Positions 15,329-28,400 of a DNA stretch of 64,000 nucleotides are shown here, in pieces. The DNA comes from the human T2T-CHM13v2.0 reference genome, Homo sapiens, in NCBI RefSeq assembly GCF_009914755.1, contig NC_060928.1; one strand, written 5' to 3'. The position numbers were made by a program, and so were the translations under genes. The notes beneath the pieces were generated by a model, which searched no databases, was not told the origin of the DNA, and saw nothing but the letters and a program-made list of their open reading frames with translations. Within the stretch, counting starts at the first letter, position 1. Each line of letters opens with the position of its first letter.

Positions 15329-16151
15329 AGGTCACGGAATAAAAATGATGAGGTGACAGAAAGTAAACAACCCAAACTCTAAATTTGCAATAATCAAAAT
15401 TAAATTCCATTATATGCTTGAACTGAAAATAGGAATAGGTAGTGGGAATACTAATTACTGAATAGCAGAGAATATCAATGGAGAGAGATTGTTCATTTTA
15501 AACTATCAAGACAGCTCACAAAGCATCCAGTCAGAAAAAGTTACACACACACACACACACGATCAGTTTGTCTTCAGGTTGCTTTGTAGCTCAAGTGATA
15601 GAAGAGACTGATGACTCTCCATAGATTTTAAGGGAGAAGAGTTGTAAGCAAATGATTTTATATCCACCCAGCTTGTTATTCTTGTGTAAAGGCAACAGAA
15701 AATTATTGTGTCTTATGCAAGAGTTCAGAGTTCAGCAATTTATCATACCACCCATGTAACCTACCTCAAATTAAAAAACAATATATAAACTCTAGCAGAC
15801 TAAAAACTGAAAAACACAAGAAACTGTTAGCCTTGTAAAAAATGGCAGTTAGTTTTAAAACCATTTAAATATAGATATCTAATTGTAAGTATAGCTATAA
15901 AAGATATATAAAAATAAGAAATGTAAACTATAAAAATATGAAATAAGAAAAATAACTTGGAAAGGAAAAGCCCTTAAAATATAAGCTATGATGATGTTTT
16001 GGCAATATTGTCTGAGTATAGAAATCCCAGATTATGTTAACAAAGACCCAGAATGGACTGGGAAAATAAAAGCATGGTAATGTTTTTAATGAACATAGGG
16101 AGAGTGAAAAATGTCTAATACTTTGTTCTAGTATTAAGTTAAACCAAAACA

Positions 16152-16460
<309 letters not shown>

Positions 16461-17572
16461 CACCATATGCTGTTTACAGGAGACATATCTTAAGCAAAAC
16501 GCCACACAACATTTTAAAGTAAAGAAAGAACAAATAAACTGAAAGTTAGGAGTGGCAATATACTAACAAAGTAAAATTTTAAGCAAAAAGCAAGTTTGAC
16601 CAGAATGATTATCTTATATAAATGATAGGCATAATGATGGTGATAATAATAAAGCTGTATTTTATAAATAAAGTAATACTTAAAGGGATAAAGCAAAAAT
16701 TATTAGTCATATGGGATAAATTGATAGAAACATAAATGTAATGGAATTACTTAACATTCTGTTTTTGACAGATCAAGAAGATAAAAAATAAATGATATAG
16801 AGTATTTGAACAATAAACACAGCAAGATCACAAATTTTACCTCATACTACAATTTGGATATGTAATGAGAAATATAATTTCTTTATTTCATTTGTGATTA
16901 ATCTGGCTTCCTAATACCTGAAGTTCCAATTTGTAACTGAGGGAAGAAGTGTAAATATCTAATCTCTCTTAAGTCTTAGTTCACTCTGATAATTTAAATA
17001 GTACTTGTAGGTTCTGTTTAGTGCCTCTCTGATAAAAATATTTGGTCTCTCAAGTGGCTCATGCATTCCCCTAATTTTCTCCTCAAGGCAGCACGTGGGT
17101 ATATGGAAAAGGGGTGTGCAGCTTCATCAGCCTCTCAGCATTGCCATGAAGGTGAAATCCTCAGGCTCAGGTGCTCTCCTTGAACTCCCCTCTGTTATCT
17201 CTGGTCTTTGGAGAAATGTCTGTGCTCTTTCTGGCTGTATACTTGCCCTGCTGACTTTTACCCTTAAAGACTGAACCTGGTGTCAGTAGTGGGTTGGCTT
17301 TTCACTGCCTTAGTCACTGGCCATTAGTGACTGCTTAGCTGAGACTGTCTCACCTTGGCTCTCACTGGTGCCGTAATCCCACTACATGTTTGGGTTTGAC
17401 TCCCATTTGGCCCTAGCCAGACTACAGCCCTTGACACAGAGCTATCCATTGCATCCCTTGGCCATGGCGAATCCTCTCTAGCAGCTTTCCGAACCTCATC
17501 TAATTCTGTGATCCAAGGTGGTTTAGGGAAGCTAAACAGGATGGCCTACCTCTATCTGCCTGTTTTTATAGA

Positions 17573-17911
17573 TGTTAAAAAAATTAGGAGGCCATTAGGC
17601 TGCATTCTGGGTTCCTACATAAGCAAACTGAAACCCAACTCAGAGTAACTCAACCAATCAGAAACTGCCAACAAAGCTCTAATTGGGAGCTGTACCAATC
17701 AAAAACCTTCAACTAACCTCCAACTAGAGACTCTCCACCTTAAACAGTAAAATAGTTTCTTTGTCTTGCTTTCATGAACCCCCATGTCTCTCTTCATGCC
17801 TCCTTGGTGAAGCCCAAACTGCTTGTGATTTGGTGCTACCTGATTCATGAATTGCTGTCTGCTCAAATAGACTCTTTAAAATTGTAACGGCCCTAAGCTT
17901 ATCTTTTAACA
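17573..17911 (+). mobile_element. MER93-like ERV1 solo LTR
   Basis: TGTTAAAA...GGAGGCCATTAGG..CTGGGTTCCTACATAAGCAAACTGAAACCCAACTC...TTTTAACA, with terminal inverted ends. Confidence 0.7.
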
Positions 17912-18737
17912 CAAGTCAGTTTGTCAAGAATCAACTAGTCGAATGACCAATTGCCAAATTTAATAAATTTACTTATTTACCAGAAACTTGTTTTACTTTC
18001 CTATTTCCGAAGGTTACTGCAAACAGTTTTGAAAGTCTATGAAGTTTTAGTTGACAGATTTCCGTTTTATCTTCGTAGCATTTTAAGGAATAACCAGGTG
18101 TTGAAACCTGAGTTATAGAGTGGTTTTGGTTTAGTGCATATATCTACTAGTCAGGAAAGTTTATTTCAATATTTTAGCATTTTTAGGACATGGGGTCAAT
18201 CTTCTCTTATTATTTCTCTGTAATTTCATATTTACAATGAATAAATATCACATTTAGAGTGCTAATCTTAAAACAGAGCTCATTTACCAAAAGCTTGTTC
18301 TTTTTCACTTTAATAAATTCTGCTTTGCAGTGCACACTATACATATCAACAGAATAACTTTAAGAATCATACTATTCCTTTAGGGGTTTTTTATGAAAGC
18401 CAAAGCATCATAGACCAAAACAAACACAAAGTAAGTAAAGGCTTAAATTCTTAAGAATTTTTATTTAAACAAAGCACTTTTTAAGGCCACTGATGTTTAT
18501 TTTTCAAATTCCGTGTGGTGATTTGTGGGGGACAGGAATGCAGATTATGAAAATGCTAGCCTTTGTCAGCAAGATACATAGCACAAAGTCAAGAGCCATC
18601 TACCTAGTAAATGTTGGTAAGAACCTTCATATGCTGTGAACTTTTATGATGTTACATAGAACATTGAAATTCAACCAATATGGCAGGCATTCATAAACTG
18701 TTGATGAGGTAGTTGACTAGATTGACAAAAGAGAAAG

Positions 18738-18890
18738 AAAGGTTAGAGCTAGAAAGTCAGATCTGGAATTCAGCCACATAGAATTGCTAGTTTAAATCAT
18801 GAAACTGGCTATGATCACTGAAGAAGAATGTAAGAAGTGAAAATGTCAAGAATTGAACTTTCAATACCTACGCTTAAAGAGTTTACCAAG
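18738..18890 (-). mobile_element. L2 fragment
   Basis: GAAAGGTTAGAGCTAGAAAGTCAGATCTGGAATTCAGCCACATAG...ATCATGAAACTGG, a typical antisense L2 pattern. Confidence 0.6.
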
Positions 18891-19534
18891 ACACATAAAG
18901 GCATAGGAGTGACAGGAAGGAAAAAAGTGAAGGGAATATAAATAGAAAAATACAGAGAAGAAACAAAGATAACCCCAGAGAACCTAGAGATAGAAATTGA
19001 GAAGACACACGTAAGTGAGAGGCAGAAGTGTAAATGTTTGAAGAAGTAATAAAAGAGGGATTTGAAATGCAGAGAGAGAGGGAGAACAGTTCTCTGTCCT
19101 TTGAGGGAGAAGCTTGGAGAAGGAGAATGATGAAATGTACTTCTTACAATCATTGTCTTCAGCTTCACTTATTTGTCAATGCCCTTAAATGAGGTATGTA
19201 CACATAGCAGAGCTGTAATAAAAAGCAAGATATTCAAAAGCAGTTGGAGATTGTTTAGCTTCCTATTTCTAAATTTCCCTACTCCAGTTAAGCCAGCTTA
19301 TTCTCATCGTGGGCACTATCTGACACTCTAAACCTAGATTTGGTTCTAGAATACTCACCTTAGGCAGCTAATTGTAACACTTTCTCTTGAGGCCATTTTT
19401 ATTGCCATTCTTCTAAACATAACCTTATCTTCTTTTGTGGCTGACAGTTTCCCTCTTTTCTTCTTTGCTCTTGCTGCTCTTCATTGTATCATTCATTTTA
19501 GCACTTTTTTGAATACCTACAATGTGCCCTAACA

Positions 19535-19650
19535 AATTTAAGGTCCAGGACAGGAGGGACCTTAAATGCCTTGGCAATTTTGTTACACAGTCCCTGAACA
19601 GTCCTGGCAGATAGAACATGTTCAATAAATATTGGTTGATTGAATGAATT
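19535..19650 (+). mobile_element. L2 3' end
   Basis: CAGTCCTGGCAGATAGAACATGTTCAATAAATATTGGTTGATTGAATGAAT. Confidence 0.7.
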
Positions 19651-19975
19651 AGCACAATATTGAGCACTATATACATGATTAAGATAAAAGTTCTATTCTC
19701 AAAGAATTTACAATAAAGGAGTAGGAGAGCATCATTTATTCAAATAACTACAGTAAATAATTGCTTAATAAAATCAATGCAATAAGAGACTGTCTAGGAG
19801 TGTGGGCTCATGGAAGCCAGGGAAGAGTACATTTCAGGAAAAAGAAGGGATAAGGACTAAGAAAAGTCGATTGGATTTAACAAGAAAGTCATTGACCACC
19901 TGTACAGAAGATTAGATTCCTTGAATGACGCTTGTGCTGAAAACAACTAAAAATGCTAGATAAAATATTTAAAAA

Positions 19976-20040
19976 GTGCTCACTTTGGCAGCACATATAC
20001 TAAAATTGGAACAATACAGAGAAGACTAGCATGGCCCTGT
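19976..20040 (+). pseudogene. 3'-truncated U6 snRNA retropseudogene (U6 nt 1 to ~66)
   Basis: GTGCTCACTTTGGCAGCACATATACTAAAATTGGAACAATACAGAGAAGACTAGCATGGCCCTG matches the U6 5' end, including the ACAGAGA box, mostly with CpG transitions. A-rich tail follows. Confidence 0.95.
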
Positions 20041-20239
20041 AAATTAAAATTTAAAAAAAGAGAAAACGCTATCATTTTAAATGTATCACTGAGCTGACAA
20101 AAAAGTATAGAATCTGCATAGGTTAAAACAAGTAGAAGTGAAAATCATTGCCATTTTATATAAAATACAAACACACACACATACACATATAACTTACCTC
20201 TGTTGGAAGTCAGAGTATAATTATTCCTGATAGAGTTAG

Positions 20240-20400
20240 TGGCTGCAAAGGAGATTGAGGGAAGGATTGCTAATGTTCCTTCTCTTGATTTAGCTGGTGG
20301 TTATGTAGAAGTATTCAGTAGTGAAAAATTCATCCAGCTTTCACATATACTCAGAATATTTGCACTGCTTTGTGCTTTTTTTCAGTAAAAGTTTACTTTT
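20240..20400 (+). mobile_element. L1ME-like 3' end
   Basis: GCTAATGTTCCTTCTCTTGATTTAGCTGGTGGTTATGTAG...GTGAAAAATTCATCCAGCT. Confidence 0.65.
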
Positions 20401-20439
20401 TTTTTTTAAGTTAAAACCACAAAAAAAGTGGGTAGACTA

Positions 20440-21500
20440 GGCTGTAAGTGATACCCAAGCTGGCTTTTGACTGGAGGTTATATGCCCAATCCTGGTAATT
20501 TTCAGATTCTGTTTTGATGGCTGTGGGAGTTACTAGGGAACTATAATTTAGAGCCTGTCCAAGATGGAAATGCAGGAGGAAGTCTCCTATAAGGTTGAGA
20601 CCACAAAAGACTACACAGTGAAAGAGAATTAGAAATAAACTTGTAGCACAGGAGAGGCAGCAAGACAATGTTCTTGTCTTAAGCTTGGCTTTTGGTGGGA
20701 GGAATAAAAACATCTTGCCTGAGAATTTGAAAATGGGAACCTGACTGCAGGTAGATTTGCACTGTGAACTTAACTCTAGGTGTTGTTCCCAAACCATCAA
20801 GCTGAGCATTTAATTTAAGATGGTAGTGCTTGCAGGAGATTGGTAGGAGTAAACCCAAATCCTCTCTGAAGGAACACAACTTTTATATGGGCCTCAAAGA
20901 ATTTCCATGGATAAACTTCCAGAGAACAAGAGCTCACAAGGCACTGTGAGTAAGCACCAGCAGGAGCAGTGGAAAGCAGAATCAGATATGCTCAGACTGC
21001 AGTTCCTGAATTTATTGTGTAGTGAATGTAAAAGTAGCAAAAGTTTAGGTATAGAATATAAAAAATAGCAAAAGTAATTTAATTTAATTTATTTTTTGAG
21101 ACGGGGTCTTGCTCTGTCGCCCATGTTGGAGTGCAGTGGCGCGCTCTCAGCTCACTGCAACCTCTGCCTCCTGGCTTCGAGTGATTCTCCTGTCAGCCTC
21201 CTGAGTAGCTGGGATTACAGGTGTGCACCACCACTGCCGGCTAATTTTTGTATTTTTAGTAGAGACAGCGTTTCGCCATGTTGGCCAGTCTGGTCTCGAA
21301 CTCCTGACCTCAGTTGATCCACCCACCTCGGCCTCCCAAAATGCTTGAATTACAGGCGTGAGCCACCGTGCCTGGCCGCAAAATTTATTTTAAACAGAGG
21401 CTTTAAAATATGAGCAAAGAATAGGAGAGACTTACAAAGATAAAGCAGATTTGAAAAGGAACTAAATGGGACTCTGAAAAATAAAATGTAGTGATCAACA
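20440..21500 (+). mobile_element. Ancient L1M 5' region, interrupted by an Alu
   Basis: AAACCCAAATCCTCTCTGAAGGAA...GGCCTCAAAGAATTTCC...AAAGCAGATTTGAAAAGGAAC. Confidence 0.55.
21078..21377 (-). mobile_element. AluS
   Basis: Full antisense Alu ending GCCTGGCC. Confidence 0.94.
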
Positions 21501-22635
21501 TAGTAATTACAATTAAGTTACTGTGACCCTTGTCAGAGCAAGATCAGAGGGAAGGGTGTAGTATCCAAAGGCTAGTCAGGTGAAGAGTTAATGGCAGTGA
21601 ATAAACTGCATATATGTGTTATGTGCTGTTCTGTATGCCCATAACCTTTTTAAGTTTAAAAATATTAAATAGGAGATAATGAGAGATGAAAAATCTGCCA
21701 AGTGCAGACTATTTCTAGTAGCTTTCAGTGGTGACAAAACTTAGTGATGGTGATGAGGAAATCCCTACTTCCATCATTGTATTTTACTACTTCCAGATAC
21801 CAATTCTGCTTCTCTCTCTTTGACTAAAGGAAAAGGAGAAATGCAGGAAAGGGAGGGAGAGTGGGAAGATGAGGGAAAGGGGAAAATAGAATAGGAATAA
21901 GAAAAAAAGGGAGTTGAAAGGGATAAGGAGAGAGGAGAAACCCATTGTCTACATTGAATGATCCCCTTCTCCCTGTGCTGGATTTTAACTATGGCAATGG
22001 AGAAAAATAAAATGGTGGGGAGAGAAACAGTGAACATGTGAAGCACATCCTAAATCAGTCACCTTGAAAATTAGCATTATATTAAGATTTAATTTTTCCA
22101 CTGTAAATAACAAATTTCATTAAAAAAAATCTAACACTAACCTAATGCTCTCTAATTTCACTTTTCAACTAGAAAAACTGGATTTGAACTTAACCAAAAT
22201 TGACAAGCTCTAGTCTGCAAAACTTGAAACACCCCTACCTCTTATTGAAAAGTAAAAAGTAGAAAATAGGGCATTCAGTTGTCAGTTTGAATTACTTTTC
22301 CTTTTTTCACGTTTTTATTTTTAACATAGTTTAGGCCTCTCAGAGAGCTGGGCCTAGGGCAAGGGGAAGAGGGATAAAGCACACTATTAGAGTTCATAGC
22401 TCCATAGACACATAATTCATCTTCTTAACTTTGTAGTGCAAAAGGTTAAGCATTTATTGTATCCAATTACTTTGAATGTATTTCAACGTCAGGTAATTTT
22501 GAAAAAGTGCAATGCAATTTTTACACAAACAACTCTGCCCATTATAGTTCTTCTCAAAAAAACAAGTCAATGCATTTTTCAAATTAGAAAAATAACAGCA
22601 TAATTATATAATTAAAAGTAGTATTTCTCAACTCT

Positions 22636-23188
22636 AGTTATTGTGTTCAGGTTCTTGGCATTTTGAACAAAGAATTGGACAAAACTTGCAAACAAAGCAA
22701 GGAAATAATGAAGCAACAAAAGCAGAGACTTATTGAAAATGAAAGCACACTCCACAGGGTGGGAGTGGGCCCAAGCAAGTGGCTCAAGGGCCTGGTTACA
22801 GAATTTTCTGGGGATTAACTACCCGCTAGAGGTTTCCCATTGGTTGCTTGGTGTACTCCATATGTAAATGAAGTAGTGGCCCGTGATCAGTCTGATTAGT
22901 TGCAGAAAGTGACCAATCAGAGGCTGAAGTGAAGTTACAAAGTTATACTCCTGTGCAAAAGAAGACTTGGCCCACAACCAACCTGACTGGTTGTGGGAGT
23001 GGACCAATCAGAGGTACTTTCAGTTTTTCGTCTGCCACACAGAAAAGGTGGCAGTGGAAAGGGAGTAGCCTCTGGTCGTTTTGTTACTTGGGCATGGAAA
23101 GTTGGGGTTTTCCTTTTGATTCAGTTCTAGGAAGTCAGTATGAATTGGCCTTAGGTTCCCTGCCTCCAGACCCTAATCTCCTGCCTCA
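22636..23188 (-). mobile_element. MER51 ERV1 solo LTR
   Basis: Reverse complement starts TGAGGCAGGAGATTAGGGTCTGGAGGCAGGGAACCTAAGGCC; repeated CCAATCAG boxes. Confidence 0.88.
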
Positions 23189-23189
23189 A

Positions 23190-23860
23190 GGCATCATTTA
23201 ATGATGGGAATATGTTCTGAGAAATGTGTCATTAGTAATTTTGTCTTTGTGTGAACATCATACACACACCTAGATGGTATAGCCTACTACACACCTAGGC
23301 TATGTGGTGTAGCCTATGGCTCCTAGGTTACAAACCTGCACAGCTTGTTACTGTTGTAATACAAGAGTCAGTGTTTGTGTATCTAAATATAAAAAAAGTA
23401 CAGTAAAAATACAATATAAAAGGTAAACAAAAATGGTACACCTGTATAGGACACTTCCCATGAATGGAGCTTGTAGGATTGGAAGTTGCTGGGTGATTCG
23501 ATAAGTGAGTGGTGAGTGAATGGGAAGGCCTAGGACATTACTGTACACTACTGTACACTTTATAAACACTGCACACTTAGGCTACGCTAAATTTATAAAA
23601 CAAATTTATTCTTTTTCTCTAAGAATAAATTCAGCTTAGCTTACTGTAACTTTTTTACTTTATAAACTTTTTAACTTAAAAAAACTTTGACTCCTTTGTA
23701 ATAATACTTAGCTTAAAACATAAGCACACTGTACAGTTATACAAAAATATTTTCTTTCTTTATATCCTTCTTCTATAAGCTTTTTTCTACTTTCAAAATT
23801 ATTTATTTACTTTTTAAACTTTTGTTAAAAACAAAGACACACACACACACATCTTATATT
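23190..23860. mobile_element. Tigger3 (MER7/Golem-type) non-autonomous DNA transposon, partial
   Basis: GTTCTGAGAAATGTGTCATTAG...CCTAGATGGTATAGCCTACTACACACCTAGGCTA...GGCCTAGGACATTACTGTACAC. Confidence 0.88.
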
Positions 23861-24125
23861 AACACAAACGCGAAGGCAACAATATAATTCTTTTAGCTAA
23901 TCTATTTTTCTCCCTTTGGCTCTTCGAGTTTACAAAACCAGAGCCTGGGAAAATGGGATTGTACTAAAACTCCCACAGAAAGATGTCTAGAAGTCTTGTT
24001 GCTTCAGATGCAGCAAAACAACATCTGATTGGCAAAGGGCCACTTTGGTTTTTCTCCTGCTTGGCTAGCATCCTAAACTTAGTTTTCACAGTGTTCTGTC
24101 CCTATTTAACACTGTGTAGTGGAAA

Positions 24126-24352
24126 GGCAAAATAGTGAGGTGGTAAAGAACATGGACTGTGGATTCTGACTGCCTGGGTTGGAATTCTCATTCTGTCACA
24201 CACTGGTCATGTGATCTTACCCTCCGTCTCTGTTTCCTCACTTACAAAATGAGGAGAATCATAAGACCTGCCTCACAGGATTGGTATGTGGATTAAGCGA
24301 ACTAGTATATGTAAAGTGCTTAGAACAATGCTTAGCACATAGTAAATAGTAT
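24126..24352 (+). mobile_element. MIR
   Basis: Near full-length MIR: CTGCCTGGGTTGGAATTC...GTTTCCTCACTTACAAAATGAGG...GTAAAGTGCTTAGAACA. Confidence 0.85.
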
Positions 24353-24929
24353 TGCATAAACACACACAAACACACAATGCAGTAATTTCTCACATTTTGC
24401 GTAATCAAACTGGGATAATGACTTTATGATTCCCTTATATAACTATAAAGAAATATTTCATTATCTGAATTAGCTTATTCATTGAGGACTATTAAAATGT
24501 AAGGGATAAACTGGATATCTAACATACATGTGAACTTTCTACTTCTTCCACTTATGTCTATTAGAACTATTAAGTGTATTTGCACTTGATAGATATTTTA
24601 CAATGTGGGTATAAAAATCCACAGGTAGCATAAAAGTAAAGGGGAATGATAATGGTCTTTCTTGTTTTCTAGTAACAGCTTCCCCCCGCAGTAGTGTTCT
24701 TTTTTTTTTTGGAACACATATTGGCAATGGGAATATAAAGACCTGAAGGAGGCTCTCTGCCTAGCTTCAAGGAACCACAGGATACTTAGGGAATTAAAGA
24801 ATGATAAAAGGAAGAATATCACGAGACACCTGGGAGTCTCGTTCTTTATCATTTGCTCTTGACACATGAATTTCCAAAACACGTGTCATTTCTTAACCAG
24901 GACAGAACTGTAATAATTTGTTCTAGTTC

Positions 24930-25120
24930 TCACATGCATTCTTTATGATGAGAAATCTGAAGTCATCCTCACCTTTGTTCCTGTATATGTAACAAGGCTT
25001 TCTTCTCTGGTTCCTAGGATCTTCTCTTTATCATTAGTTTGGGGAAATTTGATTTGTGCCTTGCTATAATTTTCTTCATGTTGCTTGTGCCTGGGTTTGT
25101 TGAATTTCTTGGATCTGAGG
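24930..25120 (-). mobile_element. L1M ORF1 fragment
   Basis: GATGAGAAATCTGAAGTCATCCTCACCTTTGTTCCTGTATATGTAA...GAATTTCTTGGATCTG. Confidence 0.65.
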
Positions 25121-25122
25121 TT

Positions 25123-26085
25123 GTCACAACATATTGCTTTCTTCACAGAGAGATAACCCTGTAGATGAAGTGATAAAAGTTCTGAATGATACTACAAAAT
25201 GGTTGGCTTTGTTAAATAAAAACCAATTCATGCCATAATGTTTTAAAAATTGTGTTATTATTTGGACAAAGATTACATACATCTCCTGCTACATATAGAA
25301 ATCTGTGGCTTAGCAGAGGAAGGATTTGCAACAGTATGCTTTAGCTGACAGGTGGATTGGAGTGCATGAGTATTTTCAAGGTAGGCCAGCTTTTGCTGAG
25401 TATTTTGAATAAGAAGGTGGTGGCTACAGCAATGAACTACTTAGCAAATATTTTTCATCACATGAACCAGTTGAATGAGTATCTATAAGACCTTGGAGAA
25501 AGTAGCATGATTTCAAGTGACAAGATTCTTTGATTTATATAAATCTGAATTTTTAGAAAAATCATATTGCAATGGCAAATTTTAAAATTTTCCCACTGCT
25601 ACTTGGGTTTAAGAATGAGGAAAGATATTAGTAAGAGTTAAATTTTATAGAAAGCCACCTTGAAGAACCGCAGAACAAAATGGCACAGTATTTTTTCTTT
25701 CTTTCAACACAAAGGTGAAAAACCTTTTCTCTGAATCTTCTACTGCTACTCTACAGTTTGAGAACCTGACTTTGAAAGAGGAAAAATAACTTGGTAAGCT
25801 GCCATCTGATCATGCAGTCAAGATAAGGCTTACTCATCTGCTCCTAGACGACTTTTGGATTTCTGTGAATGAAGAGTATCCTGCTAGTCACAGGAAAGCA
25901 ATAAACATTCTGCTGCATTTTTTTCAATTCGTTACATATGTGAACAAGTTTGACTTGTTTAGCAATCATCATGAGCAAGGAAAAATATCAACTCATTTTA
26001 GTTGAAATGTCATCCATGTGTGTTTATCTCAAGTTTGATCCAGCATTGTATTATTGTACAGCAGAAAAATAGCACAAGTTTCAAG
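25123..26085 (+). mobile_element. Fossil hAT (Charlie/Buster-type) transposase, C-terminal half
   Basis: Broken reading frames give TTYCFLHRE (CxxH), LLLHIEI/WLSRG, YLANIFHHMNQLNEYL, FWISVNEEYP...KAINILL, YICEQ (catalytic E) and terminal AQVS. Confidence 0.85.
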
Positions 26086-26375
26086 TTACTTTGTTCTTTA
26101 TTTCTAGTTTCAAAAGTAACAAATTTTATGCATAGGTATATAGAGGAGATATAAAAATTCGACACATATAAAATTATTATGATCATAACAGCTAGTCTTA
26201 TACTTGAGCTTAATCATGTTACTCAGGAAGAAAATAATTTTTTGAAAGCTTTGTTAAAAAGTGTGTCTTAGGGTATACTTTTATTAATATTCTGTGGCTT
26301 ATGGTTTTAATAGTTGTACTAATTGCATTGTCTAATTTTCATGTTGTAAATAACATTAACTAAATCAACATAACC

Positions 26376-26585
26376 TTTTTTTTTAATCAACTTTTATTTT
26401 AAGTTCTGGGGTACATGTGCAGGATGTGCAAGTTTGTTACATAGGTAAACGTGTGCCATGATGGTTTGCGGCACAGATCAGCCCGTCACCCAGGTATTAG
26501 GCCCAGCACCCATTAGCTGTTTTTCCTGATGCTGTCACTCCCCTCTCCCCCTACAGGTCCCAGCGTGTGTTGTTCTTCTCCATCA
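26376..26585 (-). mobile_element. L1PA 3' end (short, 5'-truncated)
   Basis: TTTTATTTTAAGTTCTGGGGTACATGTGCAGGATGTGCAAGTTTGTTACATAGGTAAACGTGTGCCATG. Confidence 0.9.
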
Positions 26586-26863
26586 CCGTAAATTTTATTC
26601 AAATTCAATCAATCAAGCCTACCTTTAGAAAAAGTAAATTATAAGTTTTTGGCTTAAACTTGCTAGTTAACAGAAATTTATTGTTTGCCTTATATGTTTT
26701 TTAATAACTTATGAAAAAGAAAGTAAAATATTACTTTCAAGAAATGTAAGCTAAACAACTTTTTTTTTTCAAGACAGTTTGGGGAAAAAGTCATCCTTAG
26801 TTTTAAATAGGGGAAACAAACCTTAATCTACCATGTAGCACACAGCGTACCTTCTCAGCTACT

Positions 26864-27332
26864 TGTAGAGTAGGACTTGACGGCAAACCTTTAGGCTTTC
26901 TGGATGCAGAGGCCATAAGAATGCAGCTTGCAGACCTCCACCTGTAGGGAGCTCAGCCCCGCTGCCGTGCTCCGCACTCCATTGCGGGGTTGGTACTAAG
27001 GCCGTGCTTCCCAGGGACTGCTCCTGGCCGGTGACTGAGTACAGGAGGAATGCTATGGCAGGCCATTTCTGCATGTCATTAGACCCCCGTGATGGCTGAC
27101 TTTGGCTCCCTGATAGCCTTGCTAACCCTTCCTCAGACCTCATGGCCGTCGAGGCTACTCAACACCCCACCTTTCTTCCTTCTTCCCTCACTCGGGGTCC
27201 TACCTGCTTCATGGTCTGATGGCTCTTCCAGGGCTCCAGTCTCCCTTGTGTTTTCCCTCTAAGGTATTTCCCTTAATAAAATCCTTACCAGTTTAAATCC
27301 AATCTTGGTTTCTTGGATAACTTGGACTAACC
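26864..27332 (+). mobile_element. LTR16 (ERVL) solo LTR
   Basis: TGTAG start; GGCCGTGCTTCCCAGGGACTGCTCCTGGCCGGTGACTGAG; TTCCCTTAATAAAATCCTT; ends GGACTAACCA. Confidence 0.8.
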
Positions 27333-27814
27333 ATTGGATATGGTTTAAAAATCAAGTAGTAAATAAAAATAAAAGGGAAGCTAAGTTTTCTTTACCTATT
27401 GTACCAATTTATTTTAGGGTTGATGTCTTTTATGGTGAAGGAGAAGCACACAGAAAAACTAAGCTAATAAGGTATCCATAGAAAAAGATAATTTGTTTCT
27501 CAAAAAAGGATTGACAATTATTGGATTATTATACCTATTGCTTATGATCACGGTAATATTCTGTGATTAGCAGATATTAAGAACATTTATGTAAGGATTT
27601 CCTGATACTGGAAAATTATTTCAAGAATTTCTCCAGGGTAAAAAGACTGAGAAAGGCTACTCCAGGCTACTTCTGATATGCCTCAGTTCAGTCTCATTTG
27701 ACTTCCTGGGTGTTACATTTTGTGATGAAACTGAAATATTTTGCTCCCACTTTGGAGCTCAAAGTAGCTGAATCCAATTCTTGCCAATGCAGAATCCCAT
27801 TCTAAAAGCCATCT

Positions 27815-28104
27815 GGACAGGGCCCAGTGGCTCATACCTGTAATCCCAACACTTTGGGAGGCCAACAGTTTGGGAGGCCAGGAGTTTGAGACCAGCCTAG
27901 GCAACACAGTGAGACCCCGTCTCTACAAAAACAATTTTTAAAAATTAGCCAGGTGTGGTGACATGCACCTGTAGTCCTACCTACTTGGGAGGTAGAGGTA
28001 GGAGGATTGCTTGATCAAGGCTGCAATGAGCTATGATCACACCTACTGCACTCCAGCCTGGGTGACAGAGTGAGACCTTGTCTCTAAAAAAATTAAAAAT
28101 AAAA
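27815..28104 (+). mobile_element. AluJ
   Basis: GGAGGATTGCTTGA, GCTATGATC and CCTAGGCAACACAGTGAGACC J diagnostics; internal deletions. Confidence 0.9.
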
Positions 28105-28400
28105 GTAAAGCTGTTTTTTTTTTTTTCTACCTGCCCCTTTATGTGACTTACGGAGTCTCTAATGGAGTCTAACTATACTACAGAGTTAAAAAGCAAGATT
28201 CTAGCCCTAGAGGGATTACAAATTTTACAAGGTTATTAAGACAAAATTTATGTACAGGGGCAATATAAGACTACTGTTCACAGATTTAGAAAAGAAATCA
28301 AAATTTGGGTGTTAAACATGGCAAAAAATCCTAATTGCTACAATTGGGACTCAAGATCCGGGCCAGGAGAGGAGCAAAGTATGGTATTTAAGAACATCTT

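Noticed and set aside
19976-20040. Functional U6 snRNA gene
   Set aside because: Lacks the 3' ~40 nt and the oligo-T terminator, shows CpG decay, and has no recognisable PSE/TATA upstream.
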